Source: Candidatus Omnitrophota bacterium (GTDB lineage: Bacteria > Omnitrophota > Gorgyraeia > B26-G9). From it: DNA of 64,000 nucleotides. Of the stretch, positions 9,446-18,816 are shown piece by piece. Below the pieces are notes generated by a model. It saw only the letters and a program-made list of their open reading frames with translations. It searched no databases and had not been told where the DNA came from. The position numbers and the translations under genes were made by a program. Each line of letters starts with the position of its first letter. Position 1 is the first letter of the stretch. The stretch is from the NCBI GenBank assembly GCA_043805415.1, contig JAZDHZ010000003.1:28366-92365 (forward strand), in the 5' to 3' direction.

Positions 9446-12400
9446 ATGAATAAGTTGTTATTTAAAACAACAATCTTTGTCTTAATTCAATTGCTTGTCC
9501 TTGGCAACATTGTCATAAAAACAGATAGTTTGTGCTTAGCCGCGGATAGGTTTTTCTTGGCAGAAGAACATAATCTATCTCCCCGGATAAATATAGATAA
9601 TGTCATATTAAATAATATGTTTATCAATGGCTTTCCAGTATTAGAGCCAGCTAATTATCAGCAAGATTATATTGCTCAAGATAGTAATTTAATGAATCGA
9701 ATAACCAACTATGCTCTAAGGAAAAAAAAGGAGAATGAAGGTAAGGGGATTTTCCGTCAAAATCCTGTTTATCTTATGCTTAAAAGCAGAATAGATAGAA
9801 TTGAAAAACGCGGCACACCGTATAATGTTAAAGCTAAACAAAGAAAAGAGTTGCTTAAAGATGTTAACAGATTAAAAAAGCTTTTTGGCGAGCGAATAAA
9901 GTGGATTAAACCTGGTTTAGCAAAAGAATATGATACGCAGATTAATGAGCTTGAGCGATTATTAGATGCAGTGCAAACTCAAGGAGATTGGGATGATTTA
10001 GTGGCTTTAGGAATTAAATTAAATAAGGCCTTATTAAAGCATGGACGTTTAGCTAAGGAACTGGCAGTATTTAGCGGGACTAGAAAAAAGAAAAAACTAC
10101 CAAACAGCGTTGAAAAAAAAGAAAAACCTAAAAAGCCGATAACTACCGCGATACAAAACCAGTCTGAACCAGCAAAAGAAATTCAGGAAGAATCATTGCC
10201 TGATCCAGAGCAGCTAAAGGATGAATTAGCCGCAGCTGAGTTAGAGATTCCTGAACCAGATGTTTTGAAAAAATACTTAGAGCTAAATGCCGGGCAATTA
10301 CCAAAATTTATTTTGGCTACTGGTTCACGCCGAAAGCATGTTTTAGAAAAAGCATTTGAAAAATTAAATGAAGTATATAATTTGGCTTATCAAGATTTGC
10401 CTTATGAGATAGCTTTTGCTTTCCAGGAAAAGATTGACCAATTAAAACAGCGAATAGATGCTGTACAAAAAGGAGAGTTCCCGGCGCTTAAACAAGATCT
10501 TAGAGCCTTGGAAACTGACCTTGTCCAGGCGATAGCAGACAATAATCAAGCAAAAGCAGCTGCCGCGTTGCGGCAAATAGAAAATATCGGGATCGCTAAT
10601 CCGCAGAATCAAGATAATCAGACTCCTCACGTTCCAAAGGTAAAAAAACCAACTGAACAGGTAGATTCCTTTGCTCAAGCAGTAACTTTATACGATCCGG
10701 ATAAAGTTAAACTGCGTTCACTTAAGGACGTGATTAATGAGTTGCAGGGGCAAATTAATTTACTTGATCAAATAATCAACGCCGAAATGCTCAACAGTAT
10801 GGAGCTGCCGGTCTATAATGCAAGAAGGGAAGCGGATGGACTGGTTATACAGATAAATTTCTCAGAGGCTTTGGAAAAAATCGAGGTTGGTAGTGACATA
10901 ATAATGGATCTTAGAGGAAAAATCTATTTGTTTAAATGCGATAAGCTGCTTAACTCCGGCGGTAATTTACTTTTAAAACCAGCAAATAAAAAAGGAGTGT
11001 TTCCGGATAATTTTCCTCAGGATATAAGCGGAGGAAAATTTGTTTATATGCCAAGCACTCATTCTGAAGATATGCAGAAAAAAACATTAGAAGCAATTAC
11101 GAATAAAATAGGCGGACAGAATCAAAGCACTGGGATAAAAGTCTTAGATTATTTTCTCAGAATTAAATCCGCGGCAAGGGATATCGAGGAGATCGATGAG
11201 TTAAAAGAAGCGATTGCTTATACCGATGGCTTGGACATGTTTCAAAAAGCAGCGGTAAATATGATTGTAAAAACTAAGTTTGGTTTGATTTTAGGCCCCT
11301 TCGGAACCGGCAAGACAAGTGTCTTACTTGCCGGAGCAAAGAATATTATTTTTAAAAATAAAAAACCGGTTTTCATTATTGCTCCTCAGCATAAGATCGC
11401 GGATGATATTACTTTAAAAGCAGGAGATTGCCAAATCCCGGTGCTGCGTTGCGGTAATAATCTGAGCAAATTTAATCCAGCAGTGCTGAACAAATACAGC
11501 CGTCACTCAGAAACAGGGCAAATAGAGTTTATGCGCAGGTATAAACAGCTAAATACAAGCAACGAAGATAATGGCTGTTTATTTGTGGGAACTGATATGG
11601 GCGCAAGCTTTGACTGGTTGATTAATCAATTGCGCGATCCGGAATCAGCCGCATTTTTAAAAGATGTTACTTTGATTGTTGATGAGGCTGCGCTGATTAA
11701 TTATCCGGAATTAATTACCGCTATTTATATGCTGCGGCCTGATGCTTTGATCTTAGTTGGCGATCATGTCCAGTTTTCGCCTTACAAATTAGCGGCAAGA
11801 TTCTCGAGTCGGATAATGAGTTCATTCCGGAGAAATATTTCGAAAAAAGCTATTTACCGGTATCATATCAGTTCATTTAAAGAACTGATTTCAATGCGGT
11901 TTAATAAAGTAAACCTGTTAATTAATTATCGAAATCCATGGATAAACGTTGATTTGCTTCAGGAATGGTATAAAGGTGTGCTTAATTTGCAGAGTATCAG
12001 CAAACAAAGAGGAGAGCTTATAGAAGAAGATACTTTTGTTATTGAAGATACTTCAACCTGGGAAAAGCAATCATTCGCGGAGAAGTATCATTATGGTAAT
12101 AGTTTTTGTAATAAAACAGAAGCGCTCTGGATTTTAAAAAGAATCAAATATTTTTTAGCTAAAGGCAATATCGCGGATGATATCACAATTATAACTTATT
12201 ATAATGGACAAATCCGGTTAATAAGCGATTTGATTGATGCTGATGGAGATATTTCAAAAGCGGATAGTCTAATATTAAAGCGGAATATTTTTACTCCCAT
12301 AAGTTTTCAGGGAGGAGAAAATAAGATTTTATTAGCTTCGCTGGTTAGAAGTGAAGCTGATACCACTGGTATGGGAGCATCCAGCACTAAAAAATCAAAT

Positions 12401-12670
12401 CCAGTATTTTTATCAGAGCCTGAATTCGCCAAGGCAGAAGCATTATTGGTACTACTAAGCCGGCATAAAGGTAAACTTGGTGTGATCGGAAACAGAGATA
12501 CCTTAGACGCGCTGACTAAACACCGATATCAGCGCATAAACTATTTATATTCATGCTTGTTTAAGCATAAAGATAAGATTAAAGCATGTTTAAATATTCA
12601 GAATATCGAATTAACAAGCAATCGAGCAGCGGATATTAGTCGGCATGATTTTATTCAGTCGGCGATATAA
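9446..12670 (+). CDS. Large protein: N-terminal hydrophobic signal/anchor, ~550 aa coiled-coil/K,E-rich region, C-terminal Upf1-like SF1 helicase core (AAA_11/AAA_12)
   Basis: The C-terminal half contains helicase motifs in canonical order: Q-like LDMFQKAAV, Walker A GPFGTGKTS, Walker B LIVDEAALI, motif III LVGDHVQFSPY, motif IV LINYRNPWI...WYKGVL, ITYYNGQ, FQGGENKILL and the GFLSEP...AEALLVLLSRHKGKLGVIGN arginine-finger region. The N-terminus MNKLLFKTTIFVLIQLLVLG is strongly hydrophobic. Confidence 0.6.
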   Translation: MNKLLFKTTIFVLIQLLVLGNIVIKTDSLCLAADRFFLAEEHNLSPRINIDNVILNNMFINGFPVLEPANYQQDYIAQDSNLMNRITNYALRKKKENEGKGIFRQNPVYLMLKSRIDRIEKRGTPYNVKAKQRKELLKDVNRLKKLFGERIKWIKPGLAKEYDTQINELERLLDAVQTQGDWDDLVALGIKLNKALLKHGRLAKELAVFSGTRKKKKLPNSVEKKEKPKKPITTAIQNQSEPAKEIQEESLPDPEQLKDELAAAELEIPEPDVLKKYLELNAGQLPKFILATGSRRKHVLEKAFEKLNEVYNLAYQDLPYEIAFAFQEKIDQLKQRIDAVQKGEFPALKQDLRALETDLVQAIADNNQAKAAAALRQIENIGIANPQNQDNQTPHVPKVKKPTEQVDSFAQAVTLYDPDKVKLRSLKDVINELQGQINLLDQIINAEMLNSMELPVYNARREADGLVIQINFSEALEKIEVGSDIIMDLRGKIYLFKCDKLLNSGGNLLLKPANKKGVFPDNFPQDISGGKFVYMPSTHSEDMQKKTLEAITNKIGGQNQSTGIKVLDYFLRIKSAARDIEEIDELKEAIAYTDGLDMFQKAAVNMIVKTKFGLILGPFGTGKTSVLLAGAKNIIFKNKKPVFIIAPQHKIADDITLKAGDCQIPVLRCGNNLSKFNPAVLNKYSRHSETGQIEFMRRYKQLNTSNEDNGCLFVGTDMGASFDWLINQLRDPESAAFLKDVTLIVDEAALINYPELITAIYMLRPDALILVGDHVQFSPYKLAARFSSRIMSSFRRNISKKAIYRYHISSFKELISMRFNKVNLLINYRNPWINVDLLQEWYKGVLNLQSISKQRGELIEEDTFVIEDTSTWEKQSFAEKYHYGNSFCNKTEALWILKRIKYFLAKGNIADDITIITYYNGQIRLISDLIDADGDISKADSLILKRNIFTPISFQGGENKILLASLVRSEADTTGMGASSTKKSNPVFLSEPEFAKAEALLVLLSRHKGKLGVIGNRDTLDALTKHRYQRINYLYSCLFKHKDKIKACLNIQNIELTSNRAADISRHDFIQSAI

Positions 12671-12804
12671 TAATATTTAAAATGGAAAACTTATAATTGA
12701 ACGCGCTTAAAAAAATATTAAGTAAAGAAAATAAAGCAATCAGGTTTTTAGCTAATGGGAAACCATCGGAAATATAAAGACATTAGTAGCTAGAGCAGAG
12801 GAAT

Positions 12805-13644
12805 CTATTCAGATAGATGCTTGTGTAATTCATCGGCAAGAATGCCTATCCGCGCAAGAGACAAGTTTTCGCCGCGAATTGTAGGGCTGATATTAAGTTT
12901 TTCAAGAATTTCCAGGAGAATATCCTTTTTTAATTTCCAGCCAGCATTGGATAATCCATTGAGCAGAGTTTTTCTTCTTTGGGCAAATATCGCTCTGACC
13001 ACACTAAAAAATATTTTATCGGATTTAACGCTAATGCTTGGTTTATCTAAGATGGATAATTTAACCAAAGCTGAATCAACTTCAGGCTGAGGAAAGAACA
13101 TTGTCTTGGGGAATACTTCAAGAATCTCGGCTTTAGCGTAAAATTGTAATAAACAAGATAATCTGCCAAAATCTTTTTTCCCAGGGCCGGCAACAATCCG
13201 CTGGGCAACTTCTTTTTGCACAGTAATAAAGATACTGTCGATATATTCTTTTTGTTCTAATAAGTAATTGATTATCGGAGTTGTAATATAATAGGGCAGA
13301 TTGCCGATTACTTTGATCTTTTTACCTTGAAATATTTTTGTTAGATCAATTTTTAAAATATCACCGAGAATTATTTCAGCATTGGGATATGGTTTTAGCG
13401 CTTTTTTAAGAATCGGCTCAACTCTTCGATCTTTTTCAACAGCATAGAATTTGCCGGATTGCGCGGCAATCAGAACGCTCAAGTTCCCGATACCAGCACC
13501 GATTTCAAGCACTAGATCATCGGGGCAAAGGTGCGCGGATTTAACTATGGCATCAAGGGCAGCTTGGTCTGTAAGAAAATTCTGTCCCAGCCGCTTTTTA
13601 GCATGAATTTTATGCTTATCCAGAATGCTCTTGATGTGGGACAT
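12805..13644 (-). CDS. rsmA: 16S rRNA (adenine1518/1519-N6) dimethyltransferase
   Basis: KKRLGQNFLTDQAALDAIVKSA plus SAM motif LEIGAGIGNLS. Start chosen at MSHIKS (13644); the ORF-track frame extends further to 13713. Confidence 0.85.
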   Translation of the reverse strand: MSHIKSILDKHKIHAKKRLGQNFLTDQAALDAIVKSAHLCPDDLVLEIGAGIGNLSVLIAAQSGKFYAVEKDRRVEPILKKALKPYPNAEIILGDILKIDLTKIFQGKKIKVIGNLPYYITTPIINYLLEQKEYIDSIFITVQKEVAQRIVAGPGKKDFGRLSCLLQFYAKAEILEVFPKTMFFPQPEVDSALVKLSILDKPSISVKSDKIFFSVVRAIFAQRRKTLLNGLSNAGWKLKKDILLEILEKLNISPTIRGENLSLARIGILADELHKHLSE

Positions 13645-14674
13645 AAACTTTTGTTTTCTTTCTTGTTCGAGGCATATTATTTGCCATCTCAACCGCGAGT
13701 TTGATTGCTTCAATCATCGCGCTAGGATCAGCCTGATTCATTCCGGCAATATCAAAAGCCGTGCCATGATCAGGAGAGGTGCGGATAAACGGCAATCCCA
13801 GAGTTGTGTTTACGCCTTTATCAAAATATAAAGTCTTAAAAGGAATGCAAGCTTGATCATGATACATAGCGATTACAATATCAAATTCACCTTCTTTTGC
13901 TTTCCAGAACAAAGTGTCCGCGGGAAAAGGGCCTTCAACTTTTATTTTTTGAGCGCGGGCTTTTTTAATCGCCGGGATAATATGTTCTTTTTCTTCTGTT
14001 CCGAATAATCCGTCTTCACCGGCATGCGGATTTAAACCGCAAACCGCGATTCTGGGTTTTTTTATGCCAAAATGTGTGATCATTGTTCTATGCGCGGCAA
14101 AAATAGTATCCTGGATTTCTTTACGGGTGATTAAAGGCGCGACATTTTTAAGCGGAATATGGATAGTGACAAGCATGACTTTTAACTTACCACCCACAAA
14201 CATCATTCTCGCGTAACGGGCTTTAAACCTCTGCGCAAGAATCTGAGTATGCCCTTGAAAATGATGCCCCGCTAAATTCAAAGACTCTTTATTAATCGGA
14301 GCAGTTACCAGCCCGTCCAAATTCTTGCTTGAGCGGAGTAAAAGGCAGGCCATATTAATATACTCATATGCTGATTTTCCGCAGCGAGCGTCGATTTTAC
14401 CATAAGGAATTTTATAGGTCACATTTCCCAGGTTAATGAAGTTTATCATTTCTTCACTTAAGTTCAGCTTTCCAATATCAGAGAGGATGTGGAAATTAAA
14501 GGGTTTCATATTAAGCTGTCTTTGAATATGAGTAGTTACGCCATAATCACCAATTAAAAGAAAACTGGCAGATTCACGCAGCTTTTTATCGCTCAATGCT
14601 TTTAAAGTTATTTCTGCCCCAATTCCCGCTGGGTCGCCTAAGGTTATTCCAATTCTAACTTTTTTCTTTTTCAT
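13616..14674 (-). CDS. pdxA: 4-hydroxythreonine-4-phosphate dehydrogenase
   Basis: N-terminal RIGITLGDPAGIGAEITLKAL and overall PdxA-length protein. surA-pdxA-ksgA order as in proteobacterial operons. Confidence 0.75.
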   Translation of the reverse strand: MKKKKVRIGITLGDPAGIGAEITLKALSDKKLRESASFLLIGDYGVTTHIQRQLNMKPFNFHILSDIGKLNLSEEMINFINLGNVTYKIPYGKIDARCGKSAYEYINMACLLLRSSKNLDGLVTAPINKESLNLAGHHFQGHTQILAQRFKARYARMMFVGGKLKVMLVTIHIPLKNVAPLITRKEIQDTIFAAHRTMITHFGIKKPRIAVCGLNPHAGEDGLFGTEEKEHIIPAIKKARAQKIKVEGPFPADTLFWKAKEGEFDIVIAMYHDQACIPFKTLYFDKGVNTTLGLPFIRTSPDHGTAFDIAGMNQADPSAMIEAIKLAVEMANNMPRTRKKTKVYVPHQEHSG

Positions 14675-15635
14675 TTATTTTTACCTCAATTAGTGCTGAT
14701 TTTTTTAGTTTATTAATCCATTCATCCAGTTTTTTTTCAACTTTAGTTCCATAGAGCTTATTGCGGATTTGATCTTGCACGCTTTCAAGCGTAGCGACAC
14801 TGGCTGGTTTTTTATCTTCAATTCTAAAGATATAAAACCCAGAAGATGTTTTTATCGGTTTTGTGATCTTGCCGATTTCAAGCTTAAAGGCAAGGTCTTC
14901 AATCTCTTCGCGCAAAGAGCCGCGTTTCATAAAACCCATATCCCCAGCGTCAATAACATTCGGCGCTTCGGAATATTTTTCTACCATTTCAACAAACTCA
15001 ACCCCTTTTTGCAGTTGTTCGTATATTTCATTTGCTTTTTTTTCAACTTCTTCTTTGGGCGCTTGCTCAAAACTTAAGAATAAGCTTCTTAAACGTACTT
15101 GTTCGGGAATCGCGAACTTATCTTTATTCGCTTCATAGTATTCTAAGATTTCAGTGGGAGGAATGGATATTTTACTTAAGATTTCTTTGGAAACGGTTTT
15201 TTTAATCAGCAGTTGATCTTTGTATCTTTTTCTTAAATCAAGCAGGGTTACTTTTTGATTTTTCAGGATCTGATCAAACTCTTCAATAGTTTTAAAATTA
15301 GATTTTAATTCATCAACTAAGGCGTCGACTTCTTTTTCATTAACAGTAATTGTCTCATCTTTTTGCGCTTGCTGTAAAATAAGCTTGTCTTCAATTAGTT
15401 GATTTAAAACATCGTCTCTCGCGATTTTAACTTTTTCGGCAAGTTCGCTTCCTGCGTAAGTGCTTTTATATTGGATATAAATCGGAGCAAGAATTTCATC
15501 AACATCAGTTTGGGTTATAGCTTCACTGTTTACAACGGCAAGTATTTTTTGGGTGAATTCTGTTTGGGCAAAAACTGGCAATACAAGAAACAAGCAAAGT
15601 ATAATAATTATTGGGAAAGTAAATCCTCGGGTCAT
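14655..15635 (-). CDS. surA: Periplasmic chaperone/peptidyl-prolyl isomerase, SurA-like (parvulin domain)
   Basis: Signal peptide. SurA_N-like helical region. Parvulin-type segment near the C-terminus. Position immediately upstream of pdxA-ksgA. Confidence 0.55.
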   Translation of the reverse strand: MTRGFTFPIIIILCLFLVLPVFAQTEFTQKILAVVNSEAITQTDVDEILAPIYIQYKSTYAGSELAEKVKIARDDVLNQLIEDKLILQQAQKDETITVNEKEVDALVDELKSNFKTIEEFDQILKNQKVTLLDLRKRYKDQLLIKKTVSKEILSKISIPPTEILEYYEANKDKFAIPEQVRLRSLFLSFEQAPKEEVEKKANEIYEQLQKGVEFVEMVEKYSEAPNVIDAGDMGFMKRGSLREEIEDLAFKLEIGKITKPIKTSSGFYIFRIEDKKPASVATLESVQDQIRNKLYGTKVEKKLDEWINKLKKSALIEVKINEKEKS

Positions 15636-15739
15636 TCTTTTAATCCTTTAAAAAATCAGGTTTATTTAGATTTATAGTATAACATAAAATTATTGGAATA
15701 ACAAGTTTTGCGAAAAGCAGGCTGTTAAATTAGCGCAAG

Positions 15740-17611
15740 CTAATCAGAGGGGAGAGCTTTTTTGATTTGTTCGATGGCAGTGTTTAAAAGCTGGCAATAC
15801 AGGTCAAAACCCACAGCAAGGATAAACCCATGCTGCTGTTCTCCCAAGAGATTGCCAGCGCCGCGGATTTCAAGATCTTCCATGGCAATCTTAAATCCAG
15901 AGCCAAGAGCAGTGAATTTTTGAATAGATTTGAGTCTTTTTTTGGCTTGGGGGTTAAAAGTAGCGTGTTTTGGGGTTAAAAAGAAGGAATAAGCTTTTTT
16001 ATCCAGTCGGCCGACTCTGCCTCTTAACTGGTATAAATCAGCTAAGCCGAAGTTTTGGGCATTATTAACAATTAAAGTATTGGCATTAGGGATGTCCAGT
16101 CCTGATTCCACAATGGTAGTGGCAAGCAAGACATCAATTTTATGCTCAATAAAATCAATCATAACTTTTTCCAGTTCTTTTTCATGCATTTGTCCATGGC
16201 CAATGGCAATTCTGGCATCAGGCACAAGGGCTTGTAAATGTTCATGCATTTGGGCAATATCTTTAACCCGGTTATGAATAAAATAAACTTGGCCGTTTCG
16301 CTCAAGTTCATTAGTAATCGCGTTTTTAACCAGTTCATCATCAAACAAGCAGACGAAAGTCTCAATCGGCATTCTTTGCTCCGGCGGAGTATTAATCGTG
16401 GACATATCTTTAACTCCGAGCAAGGACATGTAAAGCGTCCGGGGAATAGGCGTGGCAGTTAAGGTTAATACATCGACAAGTTCCCGGATATGTTTAAGTT
16501 TTTCTTTGGCTTTTACCCCAAACCGCTGCTCTTCATCAATAATAATAATTCCTAATTCTTTAAACTGAATATCGTCAGATAAAAGGCGGTGCGTGCCAAT
16601 AACAATATCCACGCTTCCTTTGGCTAAATCCTCAATTATTTTAGCCTGTTCTCCCGCTGTCTTGAATCGGCTGAGCATCTGAACATTAACCGGAAAATCT
16701 TTTACCCGGGCGGTTAGATTATGGTAATGCTGTTCGGCTAGGATGGTGGTGGGCACAAGCATGGCAACCTGCTTATTATTCATTACTGCTTTAAAGGCGG
16801 CCCGAAAAGCAATTTCGGTTTTTCCATACCCCACATCACCGCAAAGTAATCTATCCATCGGCCGGGGCATTTCCATGTCTTTTTTTGTTTCCAGCCAGCT
16901 TTTTTTCTGATCAGGAGTTTCAGTGTAGGGAAAGCTTTTTTCAAATTCTTTTTGCCAGGGAGTCTTTGAGGAAAATGCTAAGCCGGATAAAGAATTTCTT
17001 TTTGCCTGAAGTTTTAGCAGCTCAAGCGCATAACTGGTAATTCCTTGTTTGGTTTTGTTTTTTGTGCTTTGCCAGAGTTTGCCCCCAAGTTTGTGCAAAC
17101 GCGGGGCATGGCCGGCAAAGCCGATATATTTTTGTAAAAGATGTTTTTCCGCTAGGGGAATATACAATTTATCATTATCAGCATATTCAATCTTTATGTG
17201 TTTTCCATTCTTAAGCATCACAATGCCCAGGTATTTGCCAATGCCATGGTCAAGGTGCACAACATAATCATTTTTTTCCAGTTCTTCAAACTTATTGATT
17301 GATACACGCTCGATCTCAATAGTATGCATTGCCGAGCGCTTAGGCAAGATAATCAGAGGGCTTTGATCATTTATTTTTTGGCCGGTGGTTCTAGAAAAAG
17401 TAAATATTTTCTCAATTTCATTAAACGCCAGCTCAATCCTTACCGGGCTCTCATAATTGATCGGATATATATCAATTATCGAACCGCGATGGGCAAAATC
17501 ACCTTTTTGGGCAATCGCATCTACTTGTTCATAGCCGAAATTAATAAATTGCTCAAATGTCTTGTGCGTGTTAATAGTTTGCTTGAGATAAAATTTTAAA
17601 GTTCTAAACAT
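15740..17611 (-). CDS. mfd: Transcription-repair coupling factor (Mfd)-like translocase lacking the N-terminal UvrB-homology module and C-terminal D7
   Basis: GDFAHRGSIIDIYP (UvrB/Mfd motif), DYVVHLDHGIGKY (RNAP-interacting CarD/TRCF domain), LLCGDVGYGKTEIA (Walker A), DEEQRFGV and DLEIRGAGNLLGEQQHGF...GFDLY (TRG motif). Only 623 aa, versus ~1150 for canonical Mfd. Confidence 0.65.
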   Translation of the reverse strand: MFRTLKFYLKQTINTHKTFEQFINFGYEQVDAIAQKGDFAHRGSIIDIYPINYESPVRIELAFNEIEKIFTFSRTTGQKINDQSPLIILPKRSAMHTIEIERVSINKFEELEKNDYVVHLDHGIGKYLGIVMLKNGKHIKIEYADNDKLYIPLAEKHLLQKYIGFAGHAPRLHKLGGKLWQSTKNKTKQGITSYALELLKLQAKRNSLSGLAFSSKTPWQKEFEKSFPYTETPDQKKSWLETKKDMEMPRPMDRLLCGDVGYGKTEIAFRAAFKAVMNNKQVAMLVPTTILAEQHYHNLTARVKDFPVNVQMLSRFKTAGEQAKIIEDLAKGSVDIVIGTHRLLSDDIQFKELGIIIIDEEQRFGVKAKEKLKHIRELVDVLTLTATPIPRTLYMSLLGVKDMSTINTPPEQRMPIETFVCLFDDELVKNAITNELERNGQVYFIHNRVKDIAQMHEHLQALVPDARIAIGHGQMHEKELEKVMIDFIEHKIDVLLATTIVESGLDIPNANTLIVNNAQNFGLADLYQLRGRVGRLDKKAYSFFLTPKHATFNPQAKKRLKSIQKFTALGSGFKIAMEDLEIRGAGNLLGEQQHGFILAVGFDLYCQLLNTAIEQIKKALPSD

Positions 17612-18062
17612 GATATAATATTTTATAACTAATGCGCCTAATACTCAATAGCTTGGTTAATAATCTTCTGCTTGCGATGAAGTTTCCTCCATCCTTCATG
17701 CAAAAGATGATAGATAAATTTTACGCACAGTATAAATTTTCTTGCTCAAAAACAGCAAGACCGGCTAAATATAAACTGTGTTTTTGGCGCTGCGGAACTC
17801 ACCCCGCCCTGGCGGGGTTCAGACAGTCCTCGCTTATAAGGTGGTGCCCAAAAACCCAATTTATATTTGCCTAAATTTATAAATGCTTAAAAATTTACCC
17901 ATCATCTTTAGAAAAAGTCAACTTGGGGGGGATAAGATACTTTGCCGAGTAATAAATCTGGACTGACTTATACTGATATAGTAGTATAATTCTATAATAT
18001 TTTCTCGATATTCACGAGGAGTAGAGCAGATGAGGAATATAATCACTGACAAATCTTAAATC

Positions 18063-18101
18063 AAGCAACTTTTTTTTATAAAAGGGAAGTTGCTTTTTTG
18101 T
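18063..18101 (+). terminator. Rho-independent terminator-like hairpin (AAGCAACTT...AAGTTGCTT plus T run)
   Basis: 9-bp stem and T-tract, read directly. Nothing annotated upstream on this strand, so it may end an sRNA. Confidence 0.4.
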
Positions 18102-18231
18102 TGGTGAGGAAATAAGAGGCTTAGGGAATTAGTGATAATAATAACAACTTCTAAATGGAGGTCTGACCCTGTGGTCTCCCAATAATTAATTCAGGGACTT
18201 TGGCTAATTTAGAATTAAAGAGGACTTTTGC

Positions 18232-18717
18232 GTGAGCAAAGATATGTTAAAAAAAACAACCATACATTTTCTTTTTGTCGGTATTCTATTCTCATTTGGA
18301 TTAGGGTGGATGCTAACTGCTATAGTCGGTATTTTGGCTGGCAATATATTCGAGATGCTGTTCAAAGGAGATCATTATTATTCTGCGAGTTTGCTTCTTA
18401 CTTTAATATCAATAGTTTTAATCGCTTTTTCGACTTATGTAGGCAATATGCTTTATTGCCGTGTGATATCTACACTTCAGCACAAAAAAGTTTTGCTTAT
18501 GTCTTCAGTTTTTTTCTGTATTCTTACTATTTTGATTTTAGGTGGACAACTGTTTTCTTCATATGATTTCGTGATGAATAATCTATCATTTTCCTATAGA
18601 AATCCAGGGAGGATATTTTTAATGTTTTCTCTTCCATTGATTAGAATAATTTTAATTCCTTTACAATATTTAATAATAAGCATTAGGTTTGAAAAGATAG
18701 AGGATAAATCCATTTAA
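18232..18717 (+). CDS. Small hypothetical integral membrane protein (4 predicted TM segments)
   Basis: Hydrophobic composition only. No recognisable motif. Confidence 0.35.
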   Translation: MSKDMLKKTTIHFLFVGILFSFGLGWMLTAIVGILAGNIFEMLFKGDHYYSASLLLTLISIVLIAFSTYVGNMLYCRVISTLQHKKVLLMSSVFFCILTILILGGQLFSSYDFVMNNLSFSYRNPGRIFLMFSLPLIRIILIPLQYLIISIRFEKIEDKSI

Positions 18718-18732
18718 TTTTCTTTAAACCAG

Positions 18733-18770
18733 GGTGGACGCAAAAAAACGGGCGGCTATCCAGCCGTCCC
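18733..18770 (-). terminator. Intrinsic terminator for fhs (GC-rich hairpin GGGACGGCT-GGAT-AGCCGCCC followed by T7 on the minus strand)
   Basis: Read directly. Hairpin plus U-tract immediately downstream of the fhs stop. Confidence 0.6.
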
Positions 18771-18816
18771 TACATGTGACTTTGCAACTTGTGTCTTGTG
18801 TCTAAATACAATTTGA

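Noticed and set aside
9446-9530. Reading the N-terminal hydrophobic segment of the 1074-aa protein as a cleaved signal peptide implying a periplasmic helicase
   Set aside because: An ATP-dependent helicase in the periplasm is implausible. Retained only as a topology paradox to test, not as a claim.
17780-17870. GC-rich hairpin region considered as SRP RNA, tmRNA, 6S or RNase P RNA
   Set aside because: I could not find any of the conserved cores I recall (SRP domain IV GGAAGCAGCCAAGG-like, RNase P GGAAAGUCCGG, tmRNA tRNA-like end). It is left as an unassigned structured element.
17632-17874. 80-aa plus-strand ORF in the gap upstream of mfd
   Set aside because: No RBS, Cys/Arg-rich odd composition, and it overlaps a GC-rich hairpin. 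More likely non-coding.
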